Shown here in pieces: positions 44,983 to 55,501 of a stretch of DNA of 64,000 bases. Origin of the DNA: Trueperaceae bacterium. Lineage in GTDB: Bacteria; Deinococcota; Deinococci; Deinococcales; Trueperaceae. Position 1 is the stretch's first letter, and every line of letters begins with the position of its first letter. Position numbers and translations under genes: made by a program. The stretch is taken from the NCBI GenBank assembly GCA_965213705.1, contig OZ243913.1, forward strand, positions 288,001 through 352,000, in the 5' to 3' direction. A model generated the notes under the pieces. It had not been told where the DNA came from, made no database searches, and worked only from the letters and a program-made list of their open reading frames with translations.

Positions 44983-45030
44983 CCTGAGTTTGGGAACCTT
45001 CGAAAACACAGCGCCGTGTATACTCGCACT

Positions 45031-45582
45031 ATGCCCCGCACCGCCGAGCCCGTCAAAACCGGGCTGACGTTCGAAGAGTATCTTGAGTTCGAACAAACGA
45101 GCCCCGACAAACACGAGTTTGCCCACGGACAGCTTTTTATGATGGCCGGGGGAACGGACAGACACAACCGGCTTACGCTCAAGTTGGCTGCACGTCTGTT
45201 GGCGGCAGAAGCTTCCCCCTGTCGTACCTTTATGGCCGACATGAAAGTGCGCACGCCCAACGGGAACGGCTATTATCCAGACGTACTCGTCACCTGCGAT
45301 GACAGCGACGACGACGCCTATGTCAAACGCAAACCGTGCCTCATCATCGAAGTGCTCTCCGACTCGACGGAAGCCGTCGACCGCGGCGCCAAGCTCCACG
45401 ACTACCGCAAGTTCGACACTCTCAGCGCTTACGTGTTGGTCAACCAGCATGAACGGCGGCTCGAGATTTACCGCCGCGCTGCAGACGGTTGGCGTTACGA
45501 CGCCAAGGAAGCGGGTGAAACCCTCGAGCTGCCCTGTATCAGTCTGGTGCTCGAGGTCGACGCGCTTTACGCGGGCACGTAG
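45031..45582 (+). CDS. Uma2 family endonuclease
   Basis: EEYLEFE..S..KHE, YYPDVLV.C and IIEVLSDSTE..DRG.K..Y. Confidence 0.9.
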   Translation: MPRTAEPVKTGLTFEEYLEFEQTSPDKHEFAHGQLFMMAGGTDRHNRLTLKLAARLLAAEASPCRTFMADMKVRTPNGNGYYPDVLVTCDDSDDDAYVKRKPCLIIEVLSDSTEAVDRGAKLHDYRKFDTLSAYVLVNQHERRLEIYRRAADGWRYDAKEAGETLELPCISLVLEVDALYAGT

Positions 45583-45602
45583 TCAGAGCTTCGGCTCGAG
45601 GG

Positions 45603-46787
45603 TTAAGCGGGCTCGAGCGTCTTGAGGTTGGCTTTGAATACCTCTCCCAACCGCCGCATACCCTCGTCGATTTGTTCCGGCGTCGCCACCGAATAGCTCA
45701 GGCGCAGGGTGTTCTCGCCGCCGCCGTTGGCGTAGAAAGACTTACCCGGCACATAGGCGACGTTTTGCTTAACGGCCTCAAAAGTGAGTTGGCCTGCGTC
45801 CATACCCTCGGGCAGCGTAACCCACAAAAACATGCCGCCTTTGGGGCGGGTCCAGGTTACTTCGGCGGGAAAATGGGTGTCCAGAGCTTTCAACATCAGC
45901 GCGCGCTGGTTTTTGTAGTAGTCGCGCACGCGGCCGATTTGCTCGTCCATGTAGCCGTCTTTGGAGGTTTCATAGGCAATCATTTGGGTGAAGCTCGAGG
46001 TGTGCAGGTCGGCCGCTTGCTTGGCGCGCACGACGAGCGTCAGCACTTCGGGCTGCGCGACGAGCCAAGCCAAGCGGAAACCGGGCACCATGATTTTTGA
46101 AAAGGTTCCTGCATGAACGACCATCTCCGGCGCGAGGTCGCGCAGGTGCGGCAACTCTTCGCCCTCGAAACGGAGTTCGCCGTAGGGGTTGTCCTCGAAG
46201 ATGGGCACGCCGTAGCGCCGCGCCAAGCCCACGAGCGCTTCCCGCCGCTCCAAGCTCATCGAAATGCCGCTCGGGTTGTCGAAGTTGGGGATGACGTAAA
46301 TCATTTTGGGGTTTTGTTCCAGGGCGGCGGTAAGCGAGTCCGGCAGCATCCCCTCGTCGTCGCACTCGACGGTTAGATAATCGACCTGGTAAGCGTCGAA
46401 AGCGCGCAGAGCGCCCATATAGGTCGGCGCGCCCACCACGATTTTGTCGCCGGGGTCGAAGAACACCTTGGCGACGAGGTCCAAACCCTGCTGCGAACCC
46501 GACACGATTTGGACGTTCTCGGTCTCCACGCCTTCAAACCGTGAGGCGACCCACTCGCGGAGCGGCAAGTAGCCTTCGGTGGGGCCGTACTGCAGGGCTT
46601 CGGCCCCCGTCTCGAGCAGCACCTTGGACGCCGCCTCGTGCAACTTTTCCACCGGGAACAAACCCGGCGCGGGCAAACCGCCGGCAAACGAGATCACTTC
46701 CGACTTCTGCGTGAGCTTCAAGATTTCGCGGATGCTCGAGGGTTTCATGGTGTGGGTGCGTTTTGCGAAACGTTCGGTCCAGTTCAT
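45603..46787 (-). CDS. PLP-dependent class I aminotransferase (LysN/ARO8-like)
   Basis: ISFAGGLP, SGSQQGLD, EDNPYGEL and GTFSKIMVPGFR. Confidence 0.9.
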   Translation of the reverse strand: MNWTERFAKRTHTMKPSSIREILKLTQKSEVISFAGGLPAPGLFPVEKLHEAASKVLLETGAEALQYGPTEGYLPLREWVASRFEGVETENVQIVSGSQQGLDLVAKVFFDPGDKIVVGAPTYMGALRAFDAYQVDYLTVECDDEGMLPDSLTAALEQNPKMIYVIPNFDNPSGISMSLERREALVGLARRYGVPIFEDNPYGELRFEGEELPHLRDLAPEMVVHAGTFSKIMVPGFRLAWLVAQPEVLTLVVRAKQAADLHTSSFTQMIAYETSKDGYMDEQIGRVRDYYKNQRALMLKALDTHFPAEVTWTRPKGGMFLWVTLPEGMDAGQLTFEAVKQNVAYVPGKSFYANGGGENTLRLSYSVATPEQIDEGMRRLGEVFKANLKTLEPA

Positions 46788-46904
46788 GCGGGTAACCTCC
46801 AAAAATTCGGGAACATGCTTTACAGGATAAGGCACAGGGGCGTTGTGGGTTGAAAGGTACAGGCTGAAAGTTGAATAACTTGCATTTTCAGCCCATACCG
46901 AGCC

Positions 46905-48355
46905 TCACCGTAGCGGCTCACTCGGCCCAGCTTCCATCTCGAAAAAGGCGTCGGCCAAGCGTTCGACACCTTGAAGAATGCGTTCCGGTTCGGTGCTCGA
47001 GTAGCACAGTCTCAACGCGCGCTTTCCGGAACCATCCGGGAAAAAAGCGTCTCCTACTGCAAAACTGACACCCTGCTTTGCCGCCGCTCGCAGCAAGCTA
47101 CGACTGTCGCCCGACCTCAGTTGCGCCCAGACATACAGCCCGCCCTCGGCAGGTCGCCACGCCAGCGACCCCGCTGGGAACTGCCCATGCAAAGCCTTGG
47201 TCATGACCAAGGCGCGTTCTCGGTGCTTTTTGCGCAGTAGGCGGATGTGGCTTTCGAACACGCCGTTGCTCAAAAGTTCCGCCATGACGAGTTGAGACAA
47301 ACCCGGACAAAACAAGTCGCTCTGGGCTTTGACCAGAGAGAGCTGGTCGATGATGCTCTCGTCGGCAAGGACGTAGCCCAAACGCAAACCGGGCGCGAAG
47401 GTTTTCGAAAAAGTGCGTAGATGCAGTACCAGACCGCTGCCCTCCAGCGAGAGCAGTGACGGGGGCGGCGGCGCGTCGAAATATAGGTCGCGGTAGACTT
47501 CGTCCTCCACGACGGGTACGCGGTAGGTTCTGGCTAGCTCCACGACGCCGCGCCGCACCTCCAAAGGGAGGGTGCGGCCGGTCGGGTTTTGGAAAGAGGG
47601 GTTGAGGTAAAGCAGTTTCGGGCGGCGTTTTAGGAACAGGTCCTCGAGTTCATCCAAGTCAGCCGTGACGATGTCCCAACCCGCCAACACCGCGCCCGCT
47701 AAACGAAAGGTTTGGATAGCCCCCAAAAACCCAGGCCAATCCATGACCACCGCGTCTTGAGGACACAGTAGACAGCGAGCGATGAGGTCTAGGGCCTGCT
47801 GCGTACCCGCGACCACGAGAACTTCTTCCGGCCGCACGCCTTCACGCTCGGCTATCATCTCACGTAACCGAGGATGCCCTTCCGTGGGCAAAAAAGTGAA
47901 GGCTTCCTTGGCCCCGGTCGTCAAGATGTGCTGCGTAGCGGCGGCGTAGGCGTCAACGGGGAAGGCTTCGGGGGCGGGCGCTCCGGCCCCGAAAGAAATC
48001 TCGCTCGTGCGCGGTAAGGCGACCAAACTTCTTATGTTCATGTTGAGGTGTTGCTGAACGCCGGGGCTCACCTTGCCGCGCCACGCGAAATGCGCGCCCA
48101 AACGTTCCGGGCGACCACTGACGAAGGTACCCCGGCCCATGTAGCTGCGCCCAAACCCCGCGCCTCGAGTTCATGATAAGCGTTGACCGCCGTCGTACGA
48201 CTTATCGACAACAGCTCTGCCAGTTTCCGCTCGGAAGGAAGCTGGTCACCGGGTTGGAGCAAGCCTGCGGCGATAGAGCCCGTCAGCGTGGTGCAAAGTT
48301 GCAGGTAGAGCGGGGTTTTCGCCGCCGCGTCAAGCTGAAGAGCCGACCAGTCCAT
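46905..48355 (-). pseudogene. MocR/GntR-PLP transcriptional regulator, frameshifted near 48151
   Basis: The wHTH (LPSERKLA...AYHELEARGL) is in one frame and MGRGTFV plus the aminotransferase domain in another. One inserted base restores LVRSYMGRGTFV. Confidence 0.82.
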
Positions 48356-48450
48356 GCGTCATTGTGACGCCGTAACCTACGCCAACGCAATAACCAATCC
48401 CGAATTGGCTCTTGTGAAGACCACGAAAACTCAACTAGGGTGGAGCCTAG

Positions 48451-49035
48451 ATGACCTACCTAATTCCCATCCTGTCTTTCGCTTTCGTCATGTCCATCAC
48501 GCCGGGACCCAACAACATTATGCTGTGGGCGTCGGGCGCAAACTACGGGCTGAAACGGACCCTCCCGCACCTGTTTGGCGTCAACATCGGCTTCGGCTCC
48601 CTCATTCTTTTGTGCGGGTTGGGGCTCGGCGTGCTGTTTGAAACGTTTCCGTTTTTCCAGACCTTTCTCACTGTCGCCGGCTCGCTGTATCTTTTGTATC
48701 TCGCCTACCGCATTGCCACGGCTTCGTTCGGCGCTGAGGCGCAAGCGGCGCAGCCTTTGGGGTTCTGGGAAGCCGCCGGGTTTCAGTATGCCAATCCCAA
48801 AGCCTGGGTCATGGGTCTGACGGTTATGAGCGCCTTCACCGTTCCGCAGCTGTCTCTCGTAACCAAGGCCGTCTTTGTCACCCTCGTCGTGATGATGGTG
48901 AATCTTCCTTGCATCGGCGTGTGGGCCGTGTTCGGCACAGCTCTTGGACGCTTTCTGACCAATAAGAGAGCGCTTATGGCGTTCAACTTCGTTATGGCAG
49001 GCCTTTTGGTGGGAACGATTGCACTCCTGATTTGA
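48451..49035 (+). CDS. LysE family translocator
   Basis: SITPGPNN, YLLYLAYRI and FQYANPKAW. Confidence 0.9.
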   Translation: MTYLIPILSFAFVMSITPGPNNIMLWASGANYGLKRTLPHLFGVNIGFGSLILLCGLGLGVLFETFPFFQTFLTVAGSLYLLYLAYRIATASFGAEAQAAQPLGFWEAAGFQYANPKAWVMGLTVMSAFTVPQLSLVTKAVFVTLVVMMVNLPCIGVWAVFGTALGRFLTNKRALMAFNFVMAGLLVGTIALLI

Positions 49036-49080
49036 CACAGTCTCAAAAAGTAGCCTAAGGTTGCAAAGCGTCGTGAGCGT

Positions 49081-50115
49081 TCAAAAAACCTTCGCATTAC
49101 TGACTAAATGAATCGGCGGCGCGCAACTGCCCCGCTTGATGAGGGTGCCTTCGAAACGTCGCCGCGTCACCTTGGCGGCACCGTGCTCGAGCTGCCCCAA
49201 CACGATGTCCACGGCTGCCCGCCCCATCACCTCGACCGGCTGCGCGATAACGTCGACAGGCGGCTCGACGAGGCTCGTCCAGGGATAATCGTCGAAACTC
49301 AAAAGCGACACGTCCTGCGGGATGCGCACCCCGAGTTCGCGCAGCGCCCGAAACGCGCCGACAGCCAAGTTGCCCGTGGTTGCGAACAGGGCGGTGGGCG
49401 GCTCGGGAAGCCTCATCAGGTCCAGGGTCAGCGCGTAAGCCTCTTGCGGCGTCGGGCGAATCACGCGCTGATACGCTTCTGGCAGGCTCAAACCAGCCTC
49501 TTTCATGACTTGAGGGAAAACTTTGGTGCGCTCGTCGGGCAAAATCATTTCGTGGTAAGTGCCCAACGCCGCGACGCGCTCGTGGCCGAGTCCGGCTAAG
49601 TAGCCGACGCCCAGCCGCATACAGCCCTCGTTGTCGAGCATCACGTGGCTGAACGGGCTGTTCGGATAAACGTGGTCGATTTCGGCGATGACGGTGCCGC
49701 GTCCTTGCAGGCGCTGCAGGTAGTCCAGGTTCGGCTCGCCATAACCTGAGCGGATGATGAGCCCGCCTATTCGGTTGCCGTAAAAGGCTTTGAGTTGCTC
49801 CAACTCGATGCCCGCGTCGTACTCGCTGTCGGCGACGAGCAGCGTGTAGCCCCGCGCCCGCACCGCCATACCAATAGTACGGGTGAGCTGCGCGAAAAAC
49901 GGCTCGACGATGCTGCCGACGATTAAGCCGATGGTTTTGCTCTGCCCACGACGCAACGCCGCGGCGAGCCGGTCGGGCTCGTAGTGCAGGTCTCTAACCG
50001 CCCGCTGCACTTTTTCAAGTGTAGCCGGAGCGAGCAAGTCCGGCGTGCGGATGGCGCGTTTCGCCGTGGTGGGGGACACGCCCGCACGCTTGGCGACGTC
50101 GTTGATGTTGGCCAC
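49081..50115 (-). CDS. LacI family transcriptional regulator
   Basis: INDVAKRAGVSPTT HTH, IPQDVSLLSFDD and LIKRGS; TACACT 6 nt before the GTG. Confidence 0.92.
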   Translation of the reverse strand: MANINDVAKRAGVSPTTAKRAIRTPDLLAPATLEKVQRAVRDLHYEPDRLAAALRRGQSKTIGLIVGSIVEPFFAQLTRTIGMAVRARGYTLLVADSEYDAGIELEQLKAFYGNRIGGLIIRSGYGEPNLDYLQRLQGRGTVIAEIDHVYPNSPFSHVMLDNEGCMRLGVGYLAGLGHERVAALGTYHEMILPDERTKVFPQVMKEAGLSLPEAYQRVIRPTPQEAYALTLDLMRLPEPPTALFATTGNLAVGAFRALRELGVRIPQDVSLLSFDDYPWTSLVEPPVDVIAQPVEVMGRAAVDIVLGQLEHGAAKVTRRRFEGTLIKRGSCAPPIHLVSNAKVF

Positions 50116-50220
50116 GAGGCCAGTGTAGCAGACTCCAAAGTGCCCAGCCCGTTCCGCGTACCGAACTTGACCTCTTGACAAGCCACAAAGGTGCGTACTA
50201 TGCTGATGGCCACGAGGCCA
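50109..50220. promoter_or_regulatory. Divergent promoter region with two identical operator-like sites TGGCCACGAGGCCA
   Basis: Sites at 50109-50122 (over the lacI start codon) and 50207-50220 (just after TTGACA-N18-TATGCT at 50175-50204). Confidence 0.75.
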
Positions 50221-50350
50221 TAAAGATTGTGCGCTTGCCAAGCTCAAAAAGCTCGGTTGGCCAGGAGAGAACTGTAGGAAGGAGGGTACAGGGTCGAAAG
50301 TGGCCGCGTGGAAGCTTGGGCAAAGGACAACTTCACTAAGGGAGGACTAC

Positions 50351-51661
50351 ATGAGGAAACTTGTTTTAACGTTTGTATTAGCGGCGGCTGCCACCGTATG
50401 GGCGCAAACCACCGTCACCATCGCTTCGGTGAACAATCCCGACATGGTCACCATGCAAGAACTCAGCACTCAGTTCGAAGAGCAAAACCCCGACATCAAC
50501 TTAGAGTGGCTTTTCCTAGACGAGGGTACGCTCCGTTCACGCTTGACGACCGACGTAGCAACGGGCTCAGGCTCGTTCGACTTGGTCACAGTAGGCGCGT
50601 ACGAGACGCCGCTTTGGGCCGCGAACGACTGGCTCGTCTCGGTAGACGCGCTCGCCGACGAGTACCCCGAAGTCGCGGCTGACTACAACTTCGACGACAT
50701 CCTGCCCGCCATTCAGGGTGGCCTGAGCTACGAAGGTGAGCTGTTCGCCGTGCCCTTTTACGGCGAGTCGAGCTTTACGATGTACAACAAACGCTTGCTT
50801 GACGAGGCGGGCGTGACCATGCCCGACGCACCCACCTGGCAAGAAGTGCGCGACATCGCCTGCGAAGTTCACGACCCGGCCAACGGTGTCTACGGCATCG
50901 CGCTACGCGGCAAGCCCGGCTGGGGCGACAACATGGCCCCCATCACGACGGTCGTCAACACCTTCGGCGGTCAGTGGTTCGACGCGGAAGGCCGTCCCAC
51001 CATCGACACGCCCGAGTGGAACGAAGCACTTACTTTTTACCGCGACCTTGTCACCAACTGTGGCCCTCCCGGCGTGACGGGCATCAGCTTTCCCGAAGCG
51101 CTGCAACTCATGTCCGCCGGACAAGCCGCTATTTGGGTTGACGCCACCGTCGCGGCGGGCTTTTTAGCCAACTCCGAGGCGGGTCCCGACATGGCTTACG
51201 CGCTGGCCCCGATCGGCCCGGTCGAGAAGGGCAACGCCTGGCTGTGGAGCTGGAACTTGGGCATTCCTAGCTCGTCGGACGCCCAAGAAGCCGCTTTCAA
51301 ATTCATGACCTGGGCGACTTCACAAGAGTACATCGACCTGGTCGCCGAGCAAAAAGGTCCAGCGTCCGTGCCCCCCGGCACGCGCATTTCGACCTACGAG
51401 AACGCTGCTTACGCTGAGGCCGCGCCCTTCGCCCCCATCGTGCTTAACGCCATCCAAAACGCCGACCCCACCGACTCGACCGCGAACCCTACCATCGCCC
51501 CCGGCGTGCAGTTCGTGCAAATCCCCGAGTTTCAGGGCATCGGTAGTGACGTGGCGCAGATTGTCGCCGAAATCTTAGCGGGCGACATCAGCGTCGAGGA
51601 CGGCTTGGCCCGCGCCCAACGCGTCGCTGACGAAGCGATGCAAGACGCAGGCTACTACTAA
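50351..51661 (+). CDS. Polyol (sorbitol/mannitol, SmoE-like) ABC substrate-binding protein
   Basis: TIASVNNPDM, PFYGESSF.MY, LRGKPGWG.NMA and GVQFV.IPEFQGIG. Confidence 0.88.
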   Translation: MRKLVLTFVLAAAATVWAQTTVTIASVNNPDMVTMQELSTQFEEQNPDINLEWLFLDEGTLRSRLTTDVATGSGSFDLVTVGAYETPLWAANDWLVSVDALADEYPEVAADYNFDDILPAIQGGLSYEGELFAVPFYGESSFTMYNKRLLDEAGVTMPDAPTWQEVRDIACEVHDPANGVYGIALRGKPGWGDNMAPITTVVNTFGGQWFDAEGRPTIDTPEWNEALTFYRDLVTNCGPPGVTGISFPEALQLMSAGQAAIWVDATVAAGFLANSEAGPDMAYALAPIGPVEKGNAWLWSWNLGIPSSSDAQEAAFKFMTWATSQEYIDLVAEQKGPASVPPGTRISTYENAAYAEAAPFAPIVLNAIQNADPTDSTANPTIAPGVQFVQIPEFQGIGSDVAQIVAEILAGDISVEDGLARAQRVADEAMQDAGYY

Positions 51662-51667
51662 GCGAAA

Positions 51668-51699
51668 GAGGGGTGTGCAGGACGTCCTGCACACCCCTC
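51668..51699. terminator. 32-bp perfect inverted repeat after the substrate-binding gene (terminator or mRNA stabiliser)
   Basis: GAGGGGTGTGCAGGAC|GTCCTGCACACCCCTC. Confidence 0.65.
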
Positions 51700-51823
51700 C
51701 ACGTCTGCAAATCCTCTTTTTACCCGAATCCTCAATTACCGACCGACGACAACCCCAAGGGCTTCTCGAGTCAGAAACCTGGTCATGGGTCGTTTTCGGC
51801 TGTTCACTCAAGGGAGGAGAGCT

Positions 51824-52753
51824 ATGGCTAGTACCAGTATGCCGCAAGCGCAATCCCAACAAGACACGCCGCTCCGCCGCGAGAACCGCAAGTTTTTGTC
51901 CGCTCCCGGCATCACTTTTCTTATCTTAGTCACGCAGGTGCCTTTTGTCCTCGCTATCTGGTATTCCTTTACAAACTGGAACCTACTACGCCCGGGTAGC
52001 CAGGGCTTTATCGGCTGGGACAGGGTGTGGCGCAACTACAGCCGTATCCTCACCAACCCGGACTTTTGGACCGTCTTATGGGTCACGATTTTCTTAACGG
52101 TCGCAGTCGTCGCCATCACTTTTGTCGTCGGACTCGGCTTTGCGATGCTGTTAAACCGACCCTTTCCGGGGCGGGCGCTGGCGAGAACGCTGCTCATCTC
52201 ACCCTTTTTGATGATGCCGGTGGCGGCGGCGGTACTGTGGAAAAATGTCTTGCTCGACCCCTCCTTCGGGTTATTCGCTTACTTTTTTAGGCTCTTCGGC
52301 ATCACCAATTTTTACGCCCTCGAGGCGTTCCCTTTGGCTACCGTCATAGGCATCATCTCCTGGCAGTGGATTCCCTTTGTGATGCTCATTCTTTTGGCAG
52401 GTTTGCAGAGCTTGCCCGAATCGACGGTGGAAGCGGCGCGGATTGACGGGGCCAGCGGCTTTTCGATGTTTCGCCACATCATCATCCCGCACTTGAAAAA
52501 GTTTATTGAAATCGCGCTGCTGTTAGAAACCATTTTTATCCTGAGCGCGTTCGGCGTCATTTTCGTCACGACCTCGGGCGGTCCGGGCATTCAGACGACG
52601 AACCTGCCCTATCAGATATTTTTGGAGGCGTTCTCGAGACAGAACGTGGGCCGCGCCAGCGCCTACGGCATCTTCGCGGTGATTTTGGCGAACATCGTCA
52701 TCGTGCTGTTCCTCAACGTGCTGCGCCGTAACTCGGAAGAGGTAGCCTTATGA
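51824..52753 (+). CDS. Sugar/polyol ABC permease (SmoF-like)
   Basis: WQWIPFVMLILLAGLQS...EAARIDGA. Confidence 0.9.
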   Translation: MASTSMPQAQSQQDTPLRRENRKFLSAPGITFLILVTQVPFVLAIWYSFTNWNLLRPGSQGFIGWDRVWRNYSRILTNPDFWTVLWVTIFLTVAVVAITFVVGLGFAMLLNRPFPGRALARTLLISPFLMMPVAAAVLWKNVLLDPSFGLFAYFFRLFGITNFYALEAFPLATVIGIISWQWIPFVMLILLAGLQSLPESTVEAARIDGASGFSMFRHIIIPHLKKFIEIALLLETIFILSAFGVIFVTTSGGPGIQTTNLPYQIFLEAFSRQNVGRASAYGIFAVILANIVIVLFLNVLRRNSEEVAL

Positions 52754-53580
52754 GCTTGACACGGCAGAAAACTTGGGGACACCTGCTGTCCGCCCTGACC
52801 CTCCTGCTGGCCTTTTTGATGTTTTTTCCAATCCTGTGGATGGTCCTTACCTCGTTCAAAACCGAGGCGCTGGCAATTCAGTTCCCGCCGCGTGTCTTTT
52901 TCGAGCCGACGCTTGCCAACTGGCGCTTGGCCCTGTTCAACTCGCCCTTCCTGGAGTACCTGTGGAACACGGTCATCATCACTTTTTTCTCGATTGTGCT
53001 GGCCCTCCTGCTGGGTATCCCGAGTGCCTACGCGATGGCGTTTTACCAGACTAAGCGCACCGACGGCTCGCTGCTGTGGATGATGTCTACACGAATGCTG
53101 CCCCCCGCCGGCGTCATCGTGCCTCTTTATGTCATTTTTCTGCGCCTCAACCTGCTGGACACGCATTTGGGTCTCATCATCCTGTACGCCGGGATGAACT
53201 TCCCGCTGGTCGTGTGGATGCTGCGCTCGTTCATGCTGGAAGTTCCTTACGAAATCATTGAAGCCGCGCGACTGGACGGCGCGAACTTGTGGCAGGAATT
53301 CTCCAACGTCATCATGCCGCTGCTCGTCCCCGGTCTAGCAGCAACCGCCCTGCTCTGCATGATTTTCACCTGGAACGAATTTTTCTTGGCGGTCAACCTG
53401 ACCAGCCGAGACGCTTCGCCGGTCTCGGTTTACGTCTCGACCTTCAAGGCGGCACAGGGTGACCTGTTTATCGCCAAGATGTCGGCGGCGGCGACAGCGG
53501 CGGTTATTCCCGTATTGATAGCGGGCTGGGTCGCGCAGAAGCAACTCGTCACCGGCTTAACGATGGGGGCTATCAAGTGA
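52750..53580 (+). CDS. Sugar/polyol ABC permease (SmoG-like)
   Basis: EAARLDGA, WNEFF and QKQLV.GLT.GAIK. Confidence 0.9.
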   Translation: MSLTRQKTWGHLLSALTLLLAFLMFFPILWMVLTSFKTEALAIQFPPRVFFEPTLANWRLALFNSPFLEYLWNTVIITFFSIVLALLLGIPSAYAMAFYQTKRTDGSLLWMMSTRMLPPAGVIVPLYVIFLRLNLLDTHLGLIILYAGMNFPLVVWMLRSFMLEVPYEIIEAARLDGANLWQEFSNVIMPLLVPGLAATALLCMIFTWNEFFLAVNLTSRDASPVSVYVSTFKAAQGDLFIAKMSAAATAAVIPVLIAGWVAQKQLVTGLTMGAIK

Positions 53581-54596
53581 TTGCCGCGCAAATCGACTCG
53601 CCCCTGGAAGCAAAAATCTTAGAAGCCACGCAGCCCGAAGTCGGCTTCGACGATGTCCTCATCGAGGTCAAAAACGCGGGCGTCTGCGGCACCGACCTCC
53701 ACATCTGGCACGGCTCCTACGCCCTTGCCAAGTACCCCATCGTCCCCGGCCACGAGTTCAGCGGCGTGGTGGCGGCGGTCGGCGAGCGTGTGACGGGCTT
53801 CAAAAAGGGCGACCGCGTCACCGCCGACCCGAACCTGCCCTGCTACCGGTGCGCGTTTTGCCAACGGCGGCAGTTCAACCAGTGTTTGAACCTGGAGGTT
53901 TTAGGCGTGACGCGCTCAGGCGCGTTCGCACGCTTTGTGGCCGCGCCGGAGAGCGCGGTCTACCCTATCGGCGATTTGCCTTTCGACGAGGCGGCGCTGC
54001 TCGAGCCCCTGGCCTGCGTCGTCTGGGGCCTGAAACAAGTGCAGTTGGAGGCGGGCGACCGGATGCTCATTTTCGGCGCGGGGCCGATGGGCATTCTCAT
54101 GATGCAGGCCGTGATGCGGGCTGGGGCCGCGTCGGTGGTGATGGTGGACAAGGAGCCTTGGCGTCTAAAAATTGCCGAAGACCTCGGCGCGAGCGCCGTC
54201 GTCCAAGCGGACAGTCTGAACCCGCAAACCTTTAAAAACCTCGCCCCGCACGGTTTCGAGGTCGTGGCGGACGCGACCGGCGTTGGAAGCGTTATCGGAC
54301 AAACCTTCCAGTACGTGCGGCCCGGCGGCAAAGTGTGGGTCTTCGGCGTGGCCGCGGCGGACGCACGTGTGCCGTTCGCACCCTTCGACGTGTTCCGCAA
54401 GGACCTCAAAATCATCGGCTCGTTCGCGCTCAACAAGACGTTTCACGAGGCTATCTCCTTGGTCCAGGGCGGCGGGGTGAAACTGGCCCCGCTCATCTCC
54501 CACGCGCTGCCGCTGAGCGACTTCGCGGCGGGCATGAACGTCGCCGAGCGCGACCCCAAGCGCATGAAAATCCAGTTCGCGCTGGACGCGGCGTGA
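53577..54596 (+). CDS. Zn-dependent alcohol/polyol dehydrogenase
   Basis: CGTDLH, GHEFSG, C..C.FC.......C and GAGPMG. Confidence 0.9.
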   Translation: MIAAQIDSPLEAKILEATQPEVGFDDVLIEVKNAGVCGTDLHIWHGSYALAKYPIVPGHEFSGVVAAVGERVTGFKKGDRVTADPNLPCYRCAFCQRRQFNQCLNLEVLGVTRSGAFARFVAAPESAVYPIGDLPFDEAALLEPLACVVWGLKQVQLEAGDRMLIFGAGPMGILMMQAVMRAGAASVVMVDKEPWRLKIAEDLGASAVVQADSLNPQTFKNLAPHGFEVVADATGVGSVIGQTFQYVRPGGKVWVFGVAAADARVPFAPFDVFRKDLKIIGSFALNKTFHEAISLVQGGGVKLAPLISHALPLSDFAAGMNVAERDPKRMKIQFALDAA

Positions 54597-55351
54597 GCGG
54601 GGAGAGTTCAAAAACCAAAAAAGCGCTCGTCACGGGTGCCAGCAAGGGCATCGGGCGAGCCATCGCCGTAGCGTTGGCGAAAAACGACATAGACGTGGCG
54701 ATTGTCGCCCGGAGCAGGTCGGAGTTACAGACGTTGGAAAACGACATTCGGGCCTCGGGGCGCGACTGCCTGAGGCTCGAGGCCGACCTCTCTCACCACA
54801 GCGAGGTCGTGGGCGTCGCCGAGCGCGCCCTTGCCACCTGGCCCACTATCGACATCCTCGTCAACAACGCCGGGGTCAGCCACCCTGAAAGCGCGCTCGA
54901 GACGCGAGAGGCGAGCTGGGACCACACCTTTGCAGTGAATGCCAAAGCGCTCTTTTTCCTGTCGCAAGCCCTAGTAAAGCCGATGCTCGAGCAGCGCTGG
55001 GGCCGCATCGTCAATATCTCGTCACAGGCCGGACTCGTCGCGCTCGAAGACCACGCGGCTTACTGCGCCAGCAAGGGCGCGGTCGAAATGGTGAGCAAGG
55101 TGCTGGCGCTCGAGTGGGCACCCCACGGGGTTACCGTCAACTGCATCGCCCCCACCGTGGTCAACACGCCGATGGCCGAAATGGCTTTCCCCACGCCGGA
55201 GGCCAAACAAAAGATGCTCAGCCGCATCCCGGTCGGGCGCTTCGGTGAAACCGACGAGGTGGCAGCAACTGTGTTGTTCCTCGTTTCCAGCGGCGCGGCA
55301 ATGATTACGGGCGACACGATTAAGCTCGACGGGGGTTGGACGGTACAGTAA
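54593..55351 (+). CDS. SDR family oxidoreductase (polyol dehydrogenase-like)
   Basis: TGASKGIG, NNAG, YCASK and PTVV.T; the GTG overlaps the upstream stop codon. Confidence 0.88.
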   Translation: MSGESSKTKKALVTGASKGIGRAIAVALAKNDIDVAIVARSRSELQTLENDIRASGRDCLRLEADLSHHSEVVGVAERALATWPTIDILVNNAGVSHPESALETREASWDHTFAVNAKALFFLSQALVKPMLEQRWGRIVNISSQAGLVALEDHAAYCASKGAVEMVSKVLALEWAPHGVTVNCIAPTVVNTPMAEMAFPTPEAKQKMLSRIPVGRFGETDEVAATVLFLVSSGAAMITGDTIKLDGGWTVQ

Positions 55352-55443
55352 GAAATTTTCTCACCTGAAAACATTCAAACACACCTTGGTCGGCTTCGCA
55401 TTCGTGCCTGTACAAACCTCGAGCCGACTTCCAACAACCCACC

Positions 55444-55480
55444 CGGTACTTTTCACTCGGTACTTTGACTCGGTACTTTC
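55444..55480. repeat. Intergenic CTCGGTA-unit repeat, copy 4
   Basis: CGGTACTTTTCACTCGGTACTTTGACTCGGTACTTTC. Confidence 0.75.
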
Positions 55481-55501
55481 CCGTAAAATGCTGACACGCC
55501 C

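Noticed and set aside
45031..45582. Uma2 endonuclease as a defence system
   Set aside because: A solitary member of a commonly expanded family, with no partner genes and host-like GC.
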